DNA of 64,000 bases from Methanocaldococcus sp. 16A (lineage in GTDB: Archaea > AGJL01 > Methanococci > Methanococcales > Methanocaldococcaceae), in the NCBI GenBank assembly GCA_049860595.1, contig CP187551.1; one strand, 5' to 3'. Under the pieces are notes generated by a model that saw only the letters and a list, made by a program, of their open reading frames with translations, was not told where the DNA came from and did not search any database. Shown here piece after piece: positions 10,300 to 18,953 of the stretch (position 1 is its first letter; each line of letters begins with the position of its first letter). Both the position numbers and the translations under genes were made by a program.

Positions 10300-11055
10300 G
10301 TGGTTTATATGATTAAAGAAAAGACAAAAGTGAAGGTTATTGGCTTAGAACTACCAATATTTAAAGGAAATGAAGATATAAATTTATCCGAACTAATAGC
10401 CCAATATCCAATTGAAGATGGGGATATTATTGTAATTGCAGAAACGTTAATCTCAAAATTAGAAGGAAACGTAATAGATAAAGACAAAATAATTCCTTCA
10501 AAAGAAGCTATTGAATTAGCTGAAAAAACTGGAAAAGACCCAAAAGTTGTTCAAGTTATTTTAGATGAAGCTAAAGAAGTAGTTAAAGTTGGAAAGAATT
10601 TTATTATTACAGAAACAAAACATGGCTTTGTTTGTGCCAATAGCGGTGTTGATGAAAGTAATGTGTTAGGTATAAAAACCCTGCCAAGAAACCCTGACGA
10701 GAGTGCTGAAAAAATTAGAAAAGAGATTGAAGAATTAACTGGAAAAAGAGTAGGGGTTATAATATCTGATAGTGTTGGAAGACCTTTTAGGAAGGGAGCT
10801 GTTGGAATAGCAATAGGTGTTAGTGGAATCTTGGCATTGTGGGATAGAAAAGGAGAAAAAGATTTATTTGGAAGGGAGTTAAAAACTACTGAAGTTGCTA
10901 TTGCCGATGAGTTGGCAAGTATGGCAAATGTTGTTATGGGAGAAGCTGATGAAGGAATCCCTGTTGTGATAATTAGAGGGGCTAAAGTCCCATTTGGTGA
11001 TGGAAAAGGAAAAGATTTAATTAGACCAAAAGAAGAAGATGTTTTTAGAACATAA
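10300..11055 (+). CDS. cofE: Coenzyme F420-0:L-glutamate ligase
   Basis: ISKLEG, CANSGVDESN, IISDSVGRPFRKGAVG and DLFGREL motifs. Confidence 0.95.
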   Translation: MVYMIKEKTKVKVIGLELPIFKGNEDINLSELIAQYPIEDGDIIVIAETLISKLEGNVIDKDKIIPSKEAIELAEKTGKDPKVVQVILDEAKEVVKVGKNFIITETKHGFVCANSGVDESNVLGIKTLPRNPDESAEKIRKEIEELTGKRVGVIISDSVGRPFRKGAVGIAIGVSGILALWDRKGEKDLFGRELKTTEVAIADELASMANVVMGEADEGIPVVIIRGAKVPFGDGKGKDLIRPKEEDVFRT

Positions 11056-11072
11056 TTTTTTGGTGAGCTTAA

Positions 11073-11756
11073 ATGGTGAAAAAAGTTTATGGTATTGGTG
11101 TAGGAGTTGGAGACAAAAAGCTACTAACTTTAAGAGCATTGGAAATTTTAAAAAAAGTGGATAAAATATTTGTTCCAATATCTAAAGAAGGAAAAAAATC
11201 TATCGCTTATGAGATTATAAAGGATTACATTTATGGAAAGGAAATAGAGGAGCTATTATTCCCAATGATTAAAGATAAAAACAAATTAAAAAAATATTGG
11301 GGAAATGCTTTAGAGAAAGTTTTAAATGAAGATGGGGAAGTTGCTATAATAACAATTGGTGACCCAACACTTTACAGCACATTCTCTTATGTTTGGAAAC
11401 TTTTAAGAGAGAAAGGTGTTGAGATAGAGATAATTAATGGAATATCTTCAATCTTTGCTTCTGCAGCAGCTTTGAAAATCCCATTAGTTGAAGGCGATGA
11501 AAAACTATGCATTCTTCCACAGGGAAAAGATTTAGAGAAATATATTAATGAATTTGACACAATAATTATTATGAAAACAAAAAATTTAAAAGAAAAGTTA
11601 GAAAAAATAAAGAATAGAGATGATTATATAGTTGGTTTAGTAAAGAGAGTAACATTTGAAGATGAAAAAGTAGTAATTGGTAAATTAGATGAGTTGAATT
11701 TCGATGAATTTAATGATTATCTCTCCTTAGCTATAATAAAGAGGGTTAAAAAATGA
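11073..11756 (+). CDS. cbiL: Cobalt-precorrin-2 C20-methyltransferase
   Basis: YGIGVGVGD, IGDPTLYSTF and GISS motifs. Confidence 0.85.
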   Translation: MVKKVYGIGVGVGDKKLLTLRALEILKKVDKIFVPISKEGKKSIAYEIIKDYIYGKEIEELLFPMIKDKNKLKKYWGNALEKVLNEDGEVAIITIGDPTLYSTFSYVWKLLREKGVEIEIINGISSIFASAAALKIPLVEGDEKLCILPQGKDLEKYINEFDTIIIMKTKNLKEKLEKIKNRDDYIVGLVKRVTFEDEKVVIGKLDELNFDEFNDYLSLAIIKRVKK

Positions 11757-12814
11757 AAATAATAAGAGCAGTTCCTGAAGAATTTTTAAATGGATTATAT
11801 TTAATTCCAACAGATAGAGGAAATTTGTTAGAGTTAGATGAAAACGGAAATTTTGAAGTAGTTAATAATATACCAATAATTAGAATTTTAGCAACACCAA
11901 ATTTAAAAAAGACGATAGCAAAGATTGTCTATCAAATCAAAGATAAATATTATCTCTTTAAAGATTACAAAAAAGCAAGCTGGTTAAAAAATCTTTTAGA
12001 ATATATTAACAACAAAATTGAATTTGATAAATACTACAGAGCCAAAAAAGCATGGTATAGAGGAATAGGAGATTTATTTAAAAATATAAGGACATGGGAT
12101 TTTGAAAAAGTCATTGGGAAAATAATCTCATTATTAAAAGTTTTAAACCCAATAATTGTTTTTGATGTTCATGACATACGGAAATGGCATTATGGAAAGA
12201 GTTTTATAAACTTTGTTAAAGAATTAAGAAAAAACAATTTAAGTGTTGTGATAAGATATCCAATTGATTGTCATGAGGAAATTAGAGAAATTTTTCCAGA
12301 AGGTACTTTAAATACAAAAGCAGCTATAAAATACTTTGCAAAGATTCATGGTTATTATATAAGCAATAAAGTGGCTGATTATTTACTAAAAATAACTAAT
12401 GGAAACTTAGAAACAATATATTTAATACTAAGACACTCAAAAAGGGAAATAAAAAATCTTAGAGAGCTAAAAATACCATGGCTTAAAATTTTACCATATA
12501 TAGTGGATTCGAAATATCGAAAATTGGTTGAGGCAATAATAGAGTTACGGAAGTTTAAAGTTGAAGATATCATCTATAAGGTTAATTACAAATTATCAAC
12601 ATTATACAGATATTTAGACGAATTGGTTGAGTTAGGTATATTAACAAAAATAAAACACAAAGGTAGAGTTAGGTTTAAAATAAGATTAAATAGAAACATC
12701 CTTTTAGAGCTCATTAAAAAATCTAAAAATAACTATTTTCATTGGTTCTCTATTTTTTTGTTAGATAGTATACCGTGGAATATACGGATTTTCGAATTTT
12801 CGAAGAATATATAG
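11753..12814 (+). CDS. Degenerate AAA+-like protein with C-terminal wHTH
   Basis: Walker-B-like IIVFD, lid-like TNGNL and wHTH STLYRYLDELVELGIL; no recognisable Walker A. Confidence 0.55.
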   Translation: MKIIRAVPEEFLNGLYLIPTDRGNLLELDENGNFEVVNNIPIIRILATPNLKKTIAKIVYQIKDKYYLFKDYKKASWLKNLLEYINNKIEFDKYYRAKKAWYRGIGDLFKNIRTWDFEKVIGKIISLLKVLNPIIVFDVHDIRKWHYGKSFINFVKELRKNNLSVVIRYPIDCHEEIREIFPEGTLNTKAAIKYFAKIHGYYISNKVADYLLKITNGNLETIYLILRHSKREIKNLRELKIPWLKILPYIVDSKYRKLVEAIIELRKFKVEDIIYKVNYKLSTLYRYLDELVELGILTKIKHKGRVRFKIRLNRNILLELIKKSKNNYFHWFSIFLLDSIPWNIRIFEFSKNI

Positions 12815-12955
12815 AGTTAAGGATTATCATACTAACCTGGACGATAGTGTTAATATTTATTGATTGTGCAAAGTTGTGACAAAATCTTGTTTTATTTTTT
12901 GACATATTGTTAATATTTTAAGAAATTCAATTTAAATACTAACTTCTTATAAGAT

Positions 12956-13331
12956 TTTCGAATTTTCGAGTTGAATGTATGTATATGAGAAGATATTCTA
13001 TCGAGAGTTAATAATGGTTGTGAATATCACAAACATGACTATTATATTATTATACTTTTTTTCTCAATATAAGTTAAAAACATAAAAATTTTATGTTTTT
13101 AGTTTAAATTTAATATATTACAAAATATTTACAAAAAACAATGTTAAAAAAATTGTTATTTTAAAAAATAAAAATAAAAAACAACAAATGAATATAAAAA
13201 TCCAACATTAACTGTTTGTTATACAAAATAATATACAGTAATCTCTATCTTATTTTTGTGATAATCTGTTCTTTGAAAAATTCTTGCTCATCTGATATCC
13301 ATATACATACATTCGACTCGAAAATTCGAAA
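12956..13331. repeat. 32-bp inverted repeat pair flanking an AT-rich 312-bp core
   Basis: 12956-12987 TTTCGAATTTTCGAGTTGAATGTATGTATATG against 13300-13331 CATATACATACATTCGACTCGAAAATTCGAAA; 31/32 reverse-complement match. Confidence 0.9.
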
Positions 13332-13335
13332 TTTA

Positions 13336-13863
13336 TTAATCCTGATTTTTCAATGTGTTGTAGAACTTTTTCAGATAATTAATATGTTTACAGTTATCAC
13401 TCTGACAGATAACACACCACCAATGACCTCTATTGCTTCTAAAAACGTCTCCTAAATGCTCTCCGTTGGAATCAAAGAACGAAAATATAAATCCTCCAAG
13501 TTTATCTTCTTTCCATCTGATTTCAAACCCTATCCTATCTACCGGGTAATACTTAGTAGCAATTTTCTTTTTAGGTAATTGTTCGAAAACACTCGAAAAA
13601 CTCAAATCGAATATTTCTGGGGCTAATCTTTTTAATATCGCTAATCCTTTTGAGGTAAATGAATATATAACCTTATGTCCTGCTCTTTCCCTCTTCATTA
13701 TGTTTAGAGCTGAACACAACCTTAAAAAAGAGCTTGCAAGACCTTTCGATATATTTAAATTCTCTGCGAGTGATTGTGGATAAGTTGTGCCACGTATTAA
13801 CACATAATGTAAAATGGCTTTTCTAAATATAGTTGATATGATTTCGTATGGTAATCTTTCCAT
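13336..13863 (-). CDS. wHTH DNA-binding protein with C-terminal SWIM-like zinc finger
   Basis: YPQSLAENLNISKGLASSFL HTH; WWCVICQSDNCKH. Confidence 0.75.
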   Translation of the reverse strand: MERLPYEIISTIFRKAILHYVLIRGTTYPQSLAENLNISKGLASSFLRLCSALNIMKRERAGHKVIYSFTSKGLAILKRLAPEIFDLSFSSVFEQLPKKKIATKYYPVDRIGFEIRWKEDKLGGFIFSFFDSNGEHLGDVFRSNRGHWWCVICQSDNCKHINYLKKFYNTLKNQD

Positions 13864-13951
13864 TTATAACACCTTTATTTTTGATATAAATTATTTTTTT
13901 GCTCTTATGTTATTGGTGTTCAATTATATTTACTATACTTACTTATAAATC

Positions 13952-14370
13952 TTTTGATTCACGATATAGTTTTACCCACTAATTTTTCGTTGCAGTATTA
14001 CCAATATTTTAAAAATTTTTGTTTGAATATAGGTATTGATAGAGCATGTATTTATTTATTTCTTTTATATTCCAATTTTATATTTTTCTTTACTAATAGT
14101 ATATAGTTTTAATATATTGTTAATTAGAGTATAATTTTTGATTCATAGTATTTTGTATATTATAAGTTTAGATTCACGATATTTTATTTTTCGTGTGTTG
14201 TAATAATTCCCATGAGAAGAATTAAAATTAATTTTATTTCATTAGAATAATATATATATTATTTTTATTTTTATTCAAGTTTGTTTCTGAGAATGATGTT
14301 TATTTGCATTATATATAATATTATTTGATTCACGATATTTTTTAATTTTATTGTTTGATTCATAATATTT
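13952..14370 (+). repeat. Five direct repeats, approximate consensus TTTGATTCAYRATATTT, in an AT-rich intergenic region (candidate oriC)
   Basis: GATTCA cores at 13956, 14140, 14171, 14327 and 14357, upstream of the Cdc6-like gene. Confidence 0.8.
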
Positions 14371-14538
14371 TTAAAAATAAAATATATAACAAAATATTTA
14401 AATTAATTAATAATTAATTACATCTATTATTCTATTTTTCGAAATCTATATAATACACTTAGAACAAAAATTCGAAACCACTACAGAACATTATAATTAT
14501 CAATTCAAATTAATTCATATTTTATTATCGGTGGAAAC

Positions 14539-15768
14539 ATGGACCCAATAGAGTTTATACAAAAATCTGCAAGCTCTATAGCAAGCACCATGCATAAATT
14601 GAAATTAAAATATAATCCATTTTCTGAGAAGCCAATAAGAGGCAATACAAAGTTTTTTGTTGGTAGAGTTAGTGAGTTGAGGGAGATTGGAGAGATCTTA
14701 GGTTCTGCTTTGCATGGTAGTGTAGCCAATGCTGCAATAGTTGGGACTAAGGGGATAGGAAAGAGTTCAATGCTCAACATCATATACTATGCTACAAAAA
14801 AGCAAGGACATTGGGTTGTTGAGCTAACAGCCTCTCAAATAACGCCAAGACAATTTTTGATACAACTTTTATACAATATATTAACTGAAAATATTCTAAC
14901 TATGAGTGGAACTATAAAATCTGATTATATGGAGCATTCAAACAGAATTTTGGACATGTATAGAAAGTTAAACAACTATGGAGATAAAGTTCCTATACAT
15001 TATCCAAGAGAGAGAATTGAAAGAGATTTAGAATATTTAATAAATGAAGTTAAAAGCCAGGATAAGTTATGTATAATATTAATTGATGAAGCAGACCAAT
15101 TTGCAAAAAAAAGCTGTTTATCTTTATTACAATTTTTCCACTCATTTTTGTATGAAGAAGGAATTTTAACCTTCATGGCAGGTTCCCCAACATTAATGGA
15201 TGATTTGACAAAAATATCTCCACCAATAAAAGATAGAATTCCAAAGATAATAAATATGCCTCCTTTATCAAAAGATGAGTCCTATGATTTAATTAGAAGA
15301 AGATTAGAAGATGCGCATATAGATGGTGCTGAGGAATTTGAGCCGTTTACTGAAGATGCTATACACAAGATTGTTGAAGAGTGTGATGGTATTCCAAGAA
15401 AGATAATAATGACTTGCTCTGAGTCTATATCAATAGCTATAAGAAAAGGTTTAACCAAAATAGATGAGAGAGTAGTTAAAGAGGCTATGCATTCTCTTGG
15501 GATTAGTGTAGGGCATCAAATTCTAAATCATTTAACTCCTGCCCAGTCAGAGATTGTTAGGGCAATGGCGGAGCTTGGAGGTTCTGCAACTGTAACTCAA
15601 CTTTCTGAATATTTAAAAAAATCACCAAGTACTATTGGAACACATTTATCAGACATTTATGAGATGGGATATATTTATAAAGAAAGGGATGGAAACAATG
15701 TGTATTATAGACTGTCTAAAGAACTTAGGGATGTTTTAATAGGTGAAGATGATGAATTGGAGATGTGA
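14539..15768 (+). CDS. AAA+ ATPase with C-terminal ArsR-type wHTH (distant Orc1/Cdc6-like, MJ0774-like)
   Basis: NPF and FVGR..EL motifs, Walker A GTKGIGKS, Walker B ILIDEAD, lid DGIPR, C-terminal wHTH. Confidence 0.8.
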   Translation: MDPIEFIQKSASSIASTMHKLKLKYNPFSEKPIRGNTKFFVGRVSELREIGEILGSALHGSVANAAIVGTKGIGKSSMLNIIYYATKKQGHWVVELTASQITPRQFLIQLLYNILTENILTMSGTIKSDYMEHSNRILDMYRKLNNYGDKVPIHYPRERIERDLEYLINEVKSQDKLCIILIDEADQFAKKSCLSLLQFFHSFLYEEGILTFMAGSPTLMDDLTKISPPIKDRIPKIINMPPLSKDESYDLIRRRLEDAHIDGAEEFEPFTEDAIHKIVEECDGIPRKIIMTCSESISIAIRKGLTKIDERVVKEAMHSLGISVGHQILNHLTPAQSEIVRAMAELGGSATVTQLSEYLKKSPSTIGTHLSDIYEMGYIYKERDGNNVYYRLSKELRDVLIGEDDELEM

Positions 15769-16684
15769 TGTTCAAAATTTTGAGCCAGATGTTAAAATAT
15801 CTTTAACAAGAGTAGGAGTTACAAATCTAAAAAAACTTGTTAGATTAAAAAGAAAAAATAAACGACCTATTATTTTATTATCTACTTTTGAAGTTTTTGT
15901 TAATTTGCCGAGCTCACAAAAAGGTATTCACATGTCAAGAAATCCTGAAGTTATAGAGGGAATTATAGATGAAGCATTAGAGATGGAGAGTTATGAGATA
16001 GAAACAATTTGTGAAGAGATTGTTAAGAGATTGTTTGAAAAACATGAATACGCTACAGAAGCAGAGGTTTTTATGGTTAGTGATTTCATGACTAAGGAGA
16101 AAAGCCCAATATCTGAGAAATATTCTCAAGAGATACATAAAATTATGGGTGGAGCTAAAGGAATAAAGAAAGATGATAAAATTGAAATAACAAAAATTGT
16201 TGGGGCTGAAGTTATTGGCATCACTGCTTGTCCATGTGCTCAAAATTTAATAAAAGAGATATCTATTAGAAATTTAAAGGAAAAAGGATTTTCTGATGAA
16301 GATATTGAGAAAATATTGGATTCTGTTATCTTTGCTACTCACAACCAGAGAGGAATTGGTAGAATTATATTAGAAGTTCCTACAGGTTATGATATTGAGA
16401 TTATGGATATCATTGATATAATTAAAAAATCCATGAGTGCTGAGATTTATGGAATTTTGAAGAGAGCTGATGAAGCTTATGTTGTTGAACAAAGCCATAA
16501 AAATCCTAAGTTTGTTGAGGATTGTGTTAGAGAGATGGCTAAAAGAGTTGTAGAGAAGTTTAAACATCTACCAGATGAAACAAAGGTTTCAATTAGGCAA
16601 ATAAATATGGAAAGTATTCATAGACATGATGCATTTGCTGAAAAAGTAGCAACTCTTGGAGAATTACGGAGAGAACTAGAATAA
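15743..16684 (+). CDS. mptA: GTP cyclohydrolase MptA (FolE2-like)
   Basis: LTRVGV, KGIHMSR, ITACPCA, ATHNQRG, NPKFVED and ESIHRH motifs. Confidence 0.95.
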   Translation: MKMMNWRCDVQNFEPDVKISLTRVGVTNLKKLVRLKRKNKRPIILLSTFEVFVNLPSSQKGIHMSRNPEVIEGIIDEALEMESYEIETICEEIVKRLFEKHEYATEAEVFMVSDFMTKEKSPISEKYSQEIHKIMGGAKGIKKDDKIEITKIVGAEVIGITACPCAQNLIKEISIRNLKEKGFSDEDIEKILDSVIFATHNQRGIGRIILEVPTGYDIEIMDIIDIIKKSMSAEIYGILKRADEAYVVEQSHKNPKFVEDCVREMAKRVVEKFKHLPDETKVSIRQINMESIHRHDAFAEKVATLGELRRELE

Positions 16685-16731
16685 TACTTTGAGTTTATAG
16701 ATTATTTTATTTCTATTTTTATCAAATTATA

Positions 16732-17841
16732 ATGGGGGAGAATTTGAAAGCTTTGGTTTTAGGAGTTAATACAAGACCTGTAGTTAATTCTCTCAAAAAA
16801 TTAGGATTCTATGTATATTCTGTTTCTTACTATGCCCCAGAAGATTTAAATGCTGATAAAATATATTATCTGATAAATCCTTTAGCTCATGGAAGGTTGA
16901 GAGAAAATTATAATGAGAATAGATTAATTGAGATAGCTAATGAATTAGTTGATGAAGTTGATTATATCTTTATAACTTCGGGTGTTTTTGAATTCGAAAA
17001 TTCGAAAGTTCCAAAATGGGATAATGTTGTAGGCAACGAGCCAAAAAAGATAAATGAAATATCCAATAAATTTAAAACATGTAAAAAATTAAAAAATTTA
17101 GGTTTTAATGTACCAGAAACAAAGAAAATTAACAATAAAACTCAATTATATAAATTTTTGGAAGAATTTAAATCCTGTGTTTTAAAGCCTATTTACGGTA
17201 GTGGAGGAGGAGTTATAAAGCTGAATTTAAATGATTATAGTGATGAGTTAATTTGTAATATCAAATTCCCAATTATTGCTCAAGAGTATATTGGAGGGAA
17301 AAGTTTTAGTGCTAACTTTATAGGCAATACATTTATAACCTTTAACAAACAAATTATTATTAAGGGAATGTATGCTGGAAATTTAACACCATATCTAAAT
17401 TTGCCAAATAAGTTTATTAAAATATTTAGTGAGGTTATAGAAGCTTTTGGACTAAAAGGAATGAGTGGAATTGATTTTTTAATTAAAGATAATGAGCCAT
17501 GTATTGTTGATATAAACCCACGAATTTTAGGAACGTTTGAAACTATAGAGCTGAGTGCATCTCAAAATTTAGCAAAAGCTCTATTAAATAACAAATATAC
17601 CAAAGAAATTAAACTAAAAGAGACATATATAAAGAGGATATTGTTTGCTAAAGAAAAAATTATTGCAAATATATCAAAAAGAGACTTTGTATATGATATT
17701 CCAAAGAAAAATGCAGTTATAGAGAAAGGAGAACCTATAGCTACAGTAATTGCAAAAGAAAACATTAAATCAATAATAAACAGCGTTTATAAGGAGTGTG
17801 CAGAGTATGACAAAAGAAAACAAGATAGAGAGGATATATGA
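16732..17841 (+). CDS. ATP-grasp domain protein
   Basis: VLKPIYGSGG, QEYIGG, GIDF and DINPR motifs. Confidence 0.85.
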   Translation: MGENLKALVLGVNTRPVVNSLKKLGFYVYSVSYYAPEDLNADKIYYLINPLAHGRLRENYNENRLIEIANELVDEVDYIFITSGVFEFENSKVPKWDNVVGNEPKKINEISNKFKTCKKLKNLGFNVPETKKINNKTQLYKFLEEFKSCVLKPIYGSGGGVIKLNLNDYSDELICNIKFPIIAQEYIGGKSFSANFIGNTFITFNKQIIIKGMYAGNLTPYLNLPNKFIKIFSEVIEAFGLKGMSGIDFLIKDNEPCIVDINPRILGTFETIELSASQNLAKALLNNKYTKEIKLKETYIKRILFAKEKIIANISKRDFVYDIPKKNAVIEKGEPIATVIAKENIKSIINSVYKECAEYDKRKQDREDI

Positions 17842-18364
17842 AATGTTAAACGACCCTCTGATTCAAGAAGTTCTATTTAATATATTTGAAGGAGAAGAAA
17901 AAGGATTTGAAGTTATTGATATACTTTTAGAGAAAGGTGAGACTACAGAGGAAGAGATTGCTAAAGAACTTGGTGTAAAGCTTAATGTAGTTAGGAAATT
18001 ACTTTATAAGTTGTATGATGCAAGATTGGTTGATTACAAAAGATGGAAAGATGAAGATACCAATTGGTATTCCTATACCTGGCTGCCAACACTTGAAAAA
18101 CTTCCTTATGTAGTAAAAAAGAAGATAAATGAGTTAATTAAGGACCTTAAAGAAAAGTTAGAGTTTGAGAAAAATAACATGTTTTTCTTCTGTTCAAATT
18201 GTAATGTAAGATTTACATTTGAAGAAGCAATGGATTATGGATTTACGTGTCCTGGTTGTGGAAATATGCTACAAGAATTTGACAATAGTAAATTAATTAA
18301 AGATTTAGAGGAGCAAATAAAATTTTTAGAGGAAGAATTAAAGAACAATCCTTTTTTAAAATAA
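17798..18364 (+). CDS. tfe: Transcription factor E (alpha)
   Basis: wHTH (VRKLLYKLY, WYSYTW) plus Zn ribbon CSNC/CPGC. Confidence 0.95.
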   Translation: MQSMTKENKIERIYEMLNDPLIQEVLFNIFEGEEKGFEVIDILLEKGETTEEEIAKELGVKLNVVRKLLYKLYDARLVDYKRWKDEDTNWYSYTWLPTLEKLPYVVKKKINELIKDLKEKLEFEKNNMFFFCSNCNVRFTFEEAMDYGFTCPGCGNMLQEFDNSKLIKDLEEQIKFLEEELKNNPFLK

Positions 18365-18426
18365 CTTTTAAATGAAAAACTTAACTTGTGTATAATTTTT
18401 CCAACTATTAAATTTAGAGTGAGAAC

Positions 18427-18936
18427 ATGGAGTTTGAAAAAGCATTATCTATTTTAAAAAATTTATGTTCTAAGGATGTGGTAGAACATTGTTTAGCAGT
18501 TTCAGAATATGCCTATGAATTAGCTTTGGCTATAAAAAACAACGGATATAGTGTTGATGTTGAGCTTGTTAGATTGGGAGGTTTATTGCATGATATTGGA
18601 AGAAGTAAAACTCATGGGATAGAGCATGGAATTGTAGGGGCTGAAATTTTGAGGGAGTTAGGATTTGATGAGAAACTTGCATTAATAGCTGAGAGACACA
18701 TTGGAGCAGGAATAACAAAAGAAGAAGCTATAGAGCTTGGATTACCACCAAAAGATTATCTGCCAATAACCTTAGAAGAAAAGATTGTAACTCATGCAGA
18801 TAATTTAATATTTGGAACTAAAAGGGTAGAAATAGATGATGTTATAAAAAAATTTGAAAAGAAACTTGGTGAAAACCATCCTTCAATTAAACGAATTATT
18901 TTATTAAATGAGGAGATAAATAATCTTTTAAAATAA
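18427..18936 (+). CDS. HD-domain protein (HDIG)
   Basis: VVEHC, LLHDIG, ERHIGAG and HADNL motifs. Confidence 0.9.
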   Translation: MEFEKALSILKNLCSKDVVEHCLAVSEYAYELALAIKNNGYSVDVELVRLGGLLHDIGRSKTHGIEHGIVGAEILRELGFDEKLALIAERHIGAGITKEEAIELGLPPKDYLPITLEEKIVTHADNLIFGTKRVEIDDVIKKFEKKLGENHPSIKRIILLNEEINNLLK

Positions 18937-18953
18937 TAGAATAATATACTTAG

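Noticed and set aside
12956-13331. Interpretation of the inverted repeat as a MITE
   Set aside because: No target-site duplication is visible and the core motif recurs inside neighbouring genes. Disfavoured, but not excluded without a genome-wide search.
13216-13455. 79-aa plus-strand ORF overlapping the inverted repeat
   Set aside because: TTG start, no RBS, antisense overlap with a real gene and no recognisable motifs.
13775-13783. Perfect bacterial DnaA box (TGTGGATAA) near the candidate origin
   Set aside because: Single copy, explained by the codons for TYPQ on the minus strand; archaea lack DnaA.
13952-14370. Direct repeats as a possible CRISPR array
   Set aside because: Repeats are only ~17 bp with irregular spacing (184, 31, 156, 30) and there are no cas genes.
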